The notes beneath the pieces were generated by a model. The model searched no databases, was not told where the DNA came from, and worked only from the letters and a program-made list of their open reading frames with translations. From Opitutaceae bacterium (GTDB taxonomy: Bacteria; Verrucomicrobiota; Verrucomicrobiia; Opitutales; Opitutaceae), in assembly GCA_005792355.1 (NCBI GenBank), contig SXSC01000090.1:550-64549 (forward strand): a stretch of DNA of 64,000 nt, given 5' to 3'. The position numbers were made by a program, and so were the translations under genes. Below are positions 63,466-64,000 of the stretch, in pieces; position 1 is the stretch's first letter, and each line of letters begins with the position of its first letter.

Positions 63466-64000
63466 ATGCATCACGCACCCCGCCCCGAGGATTATTTCCT
63501 GACGCGCCGGGAGTTTCTCCATCGTTGCGGCATCGGGATGGGCGCCCTCGGATTCGCGGCACTCACCGGCTCCGTCGTCGGCGCCGCGCCGGGCACGGCA
63601 CCGTCGGCGGCGGGCGTCAATCTCAACCATCCCCTTGCTCCCCGCCTGCCGCATTTTCCGGTGAAGGCGAAACGCGTCATTCACATCTTCGCCAACGGCG
63701 GGCCATCGCAGGTCGATACGTTTGATCCCAAGCCCGAACTCACCAAGTGGCACGGCAAACCGCTCCCGCTCGACCTCAAGACCGAGCGCAAGACAGGGGC
63801 GGCGTTCGGCTCGCCCTTCAAATTTCAGCCGTACGGCGAGAGCGGCATCGAGGTGAGCGAACTCTTCCCGCAGGTGGCGGAGAGCATCGACGAGCTGGCG
63901 ATCATCCGCTCGATGCATGCCGACGTCCCGAACCACGAGCCGTCGCTCATGCTCATGAACTGCGGCGACGCGCGCCTGCCCCGGCCGAGCCTCGGCTCGT
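63466..64000 (+). CDS. DUF1501 family protein, 3' partial
   Basis: Read from ATG 63466: MHHAPRPEDYFLTRREFLHRCGIGMG...HFPVKAKRVIHIFANGGPSQVDTFDPKP...IIRSMHADVPNH; open to the window end. Confidence 0.9.
   Translation, partial: MHHAPRPEDYFLTRREFLHRCGIGMGALGFAALTGSVVGAAPGTAPSAAGVNLNHPLAPRLPHFPVKAKRVIHIFANGGPSQVDTFDPKPELTKWHGKPLPLDLKTERKTGAAFGSPFKFQPYGESGIEVSELFPQVAESIDELAIIRSMHADVPNHEPSLMLMNCGDARLPRPSLGS

Overview
GC-rich bacterial chromosomal segment. The gene content (SusD-less TonB-dependent receptors, four Cys-type sulfatases, DUF1501 and PSCyt/PSD1 proteins, Gfo/Idh/MocA oxidoreductases, a microcompartment shell gene) points to Verrucomicrobiota, most likely Opitutaceae; this is an inference, not a search result. 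The left ~35 kb is a loose glycan/sulfated-glycan catabolic neighbourhood: 3 complete TBDRs, 1 truncated TBDR remnant, 4 sulfatases, a heparinase II/III-type lyase, 2 Tat-type oxidoreductases and a cytochrome c/beta-propeller protein. The right part holds accA, two flotillin/NfeD operons flanking a caa3-type cytochrome c oxidase operon with a divergent azurin, and a PSD1-DUF1501-ThuA-DUF1501 cluster. Most notable observations: (1) a two-gene satellite bacterial microcompartment (BMC) locus, in which a DapA/NAL-family class I aldolase carrying an apparent C-terminal encapsulation peptide sits 9 bp from a tandem-domain shell protein with a possible internal start; (2) four intergenic copies of a 19-bp palindrome TGTCA-N3-AWT-N3-TGACA whose inner arms co-vary, one upstream of each complete TBDR; (3) a methyltransferase that closely resembles mycobacterial phthiotriol/fatty-acid O-methyltransferases; (4) several families of REP-like inverted repeats. 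No rRNA, tRNA, CRISPR array, integrase or transposase was recognised. All family assignments come from motif recognition by eye; start codons were chosen manually from the ORF track.
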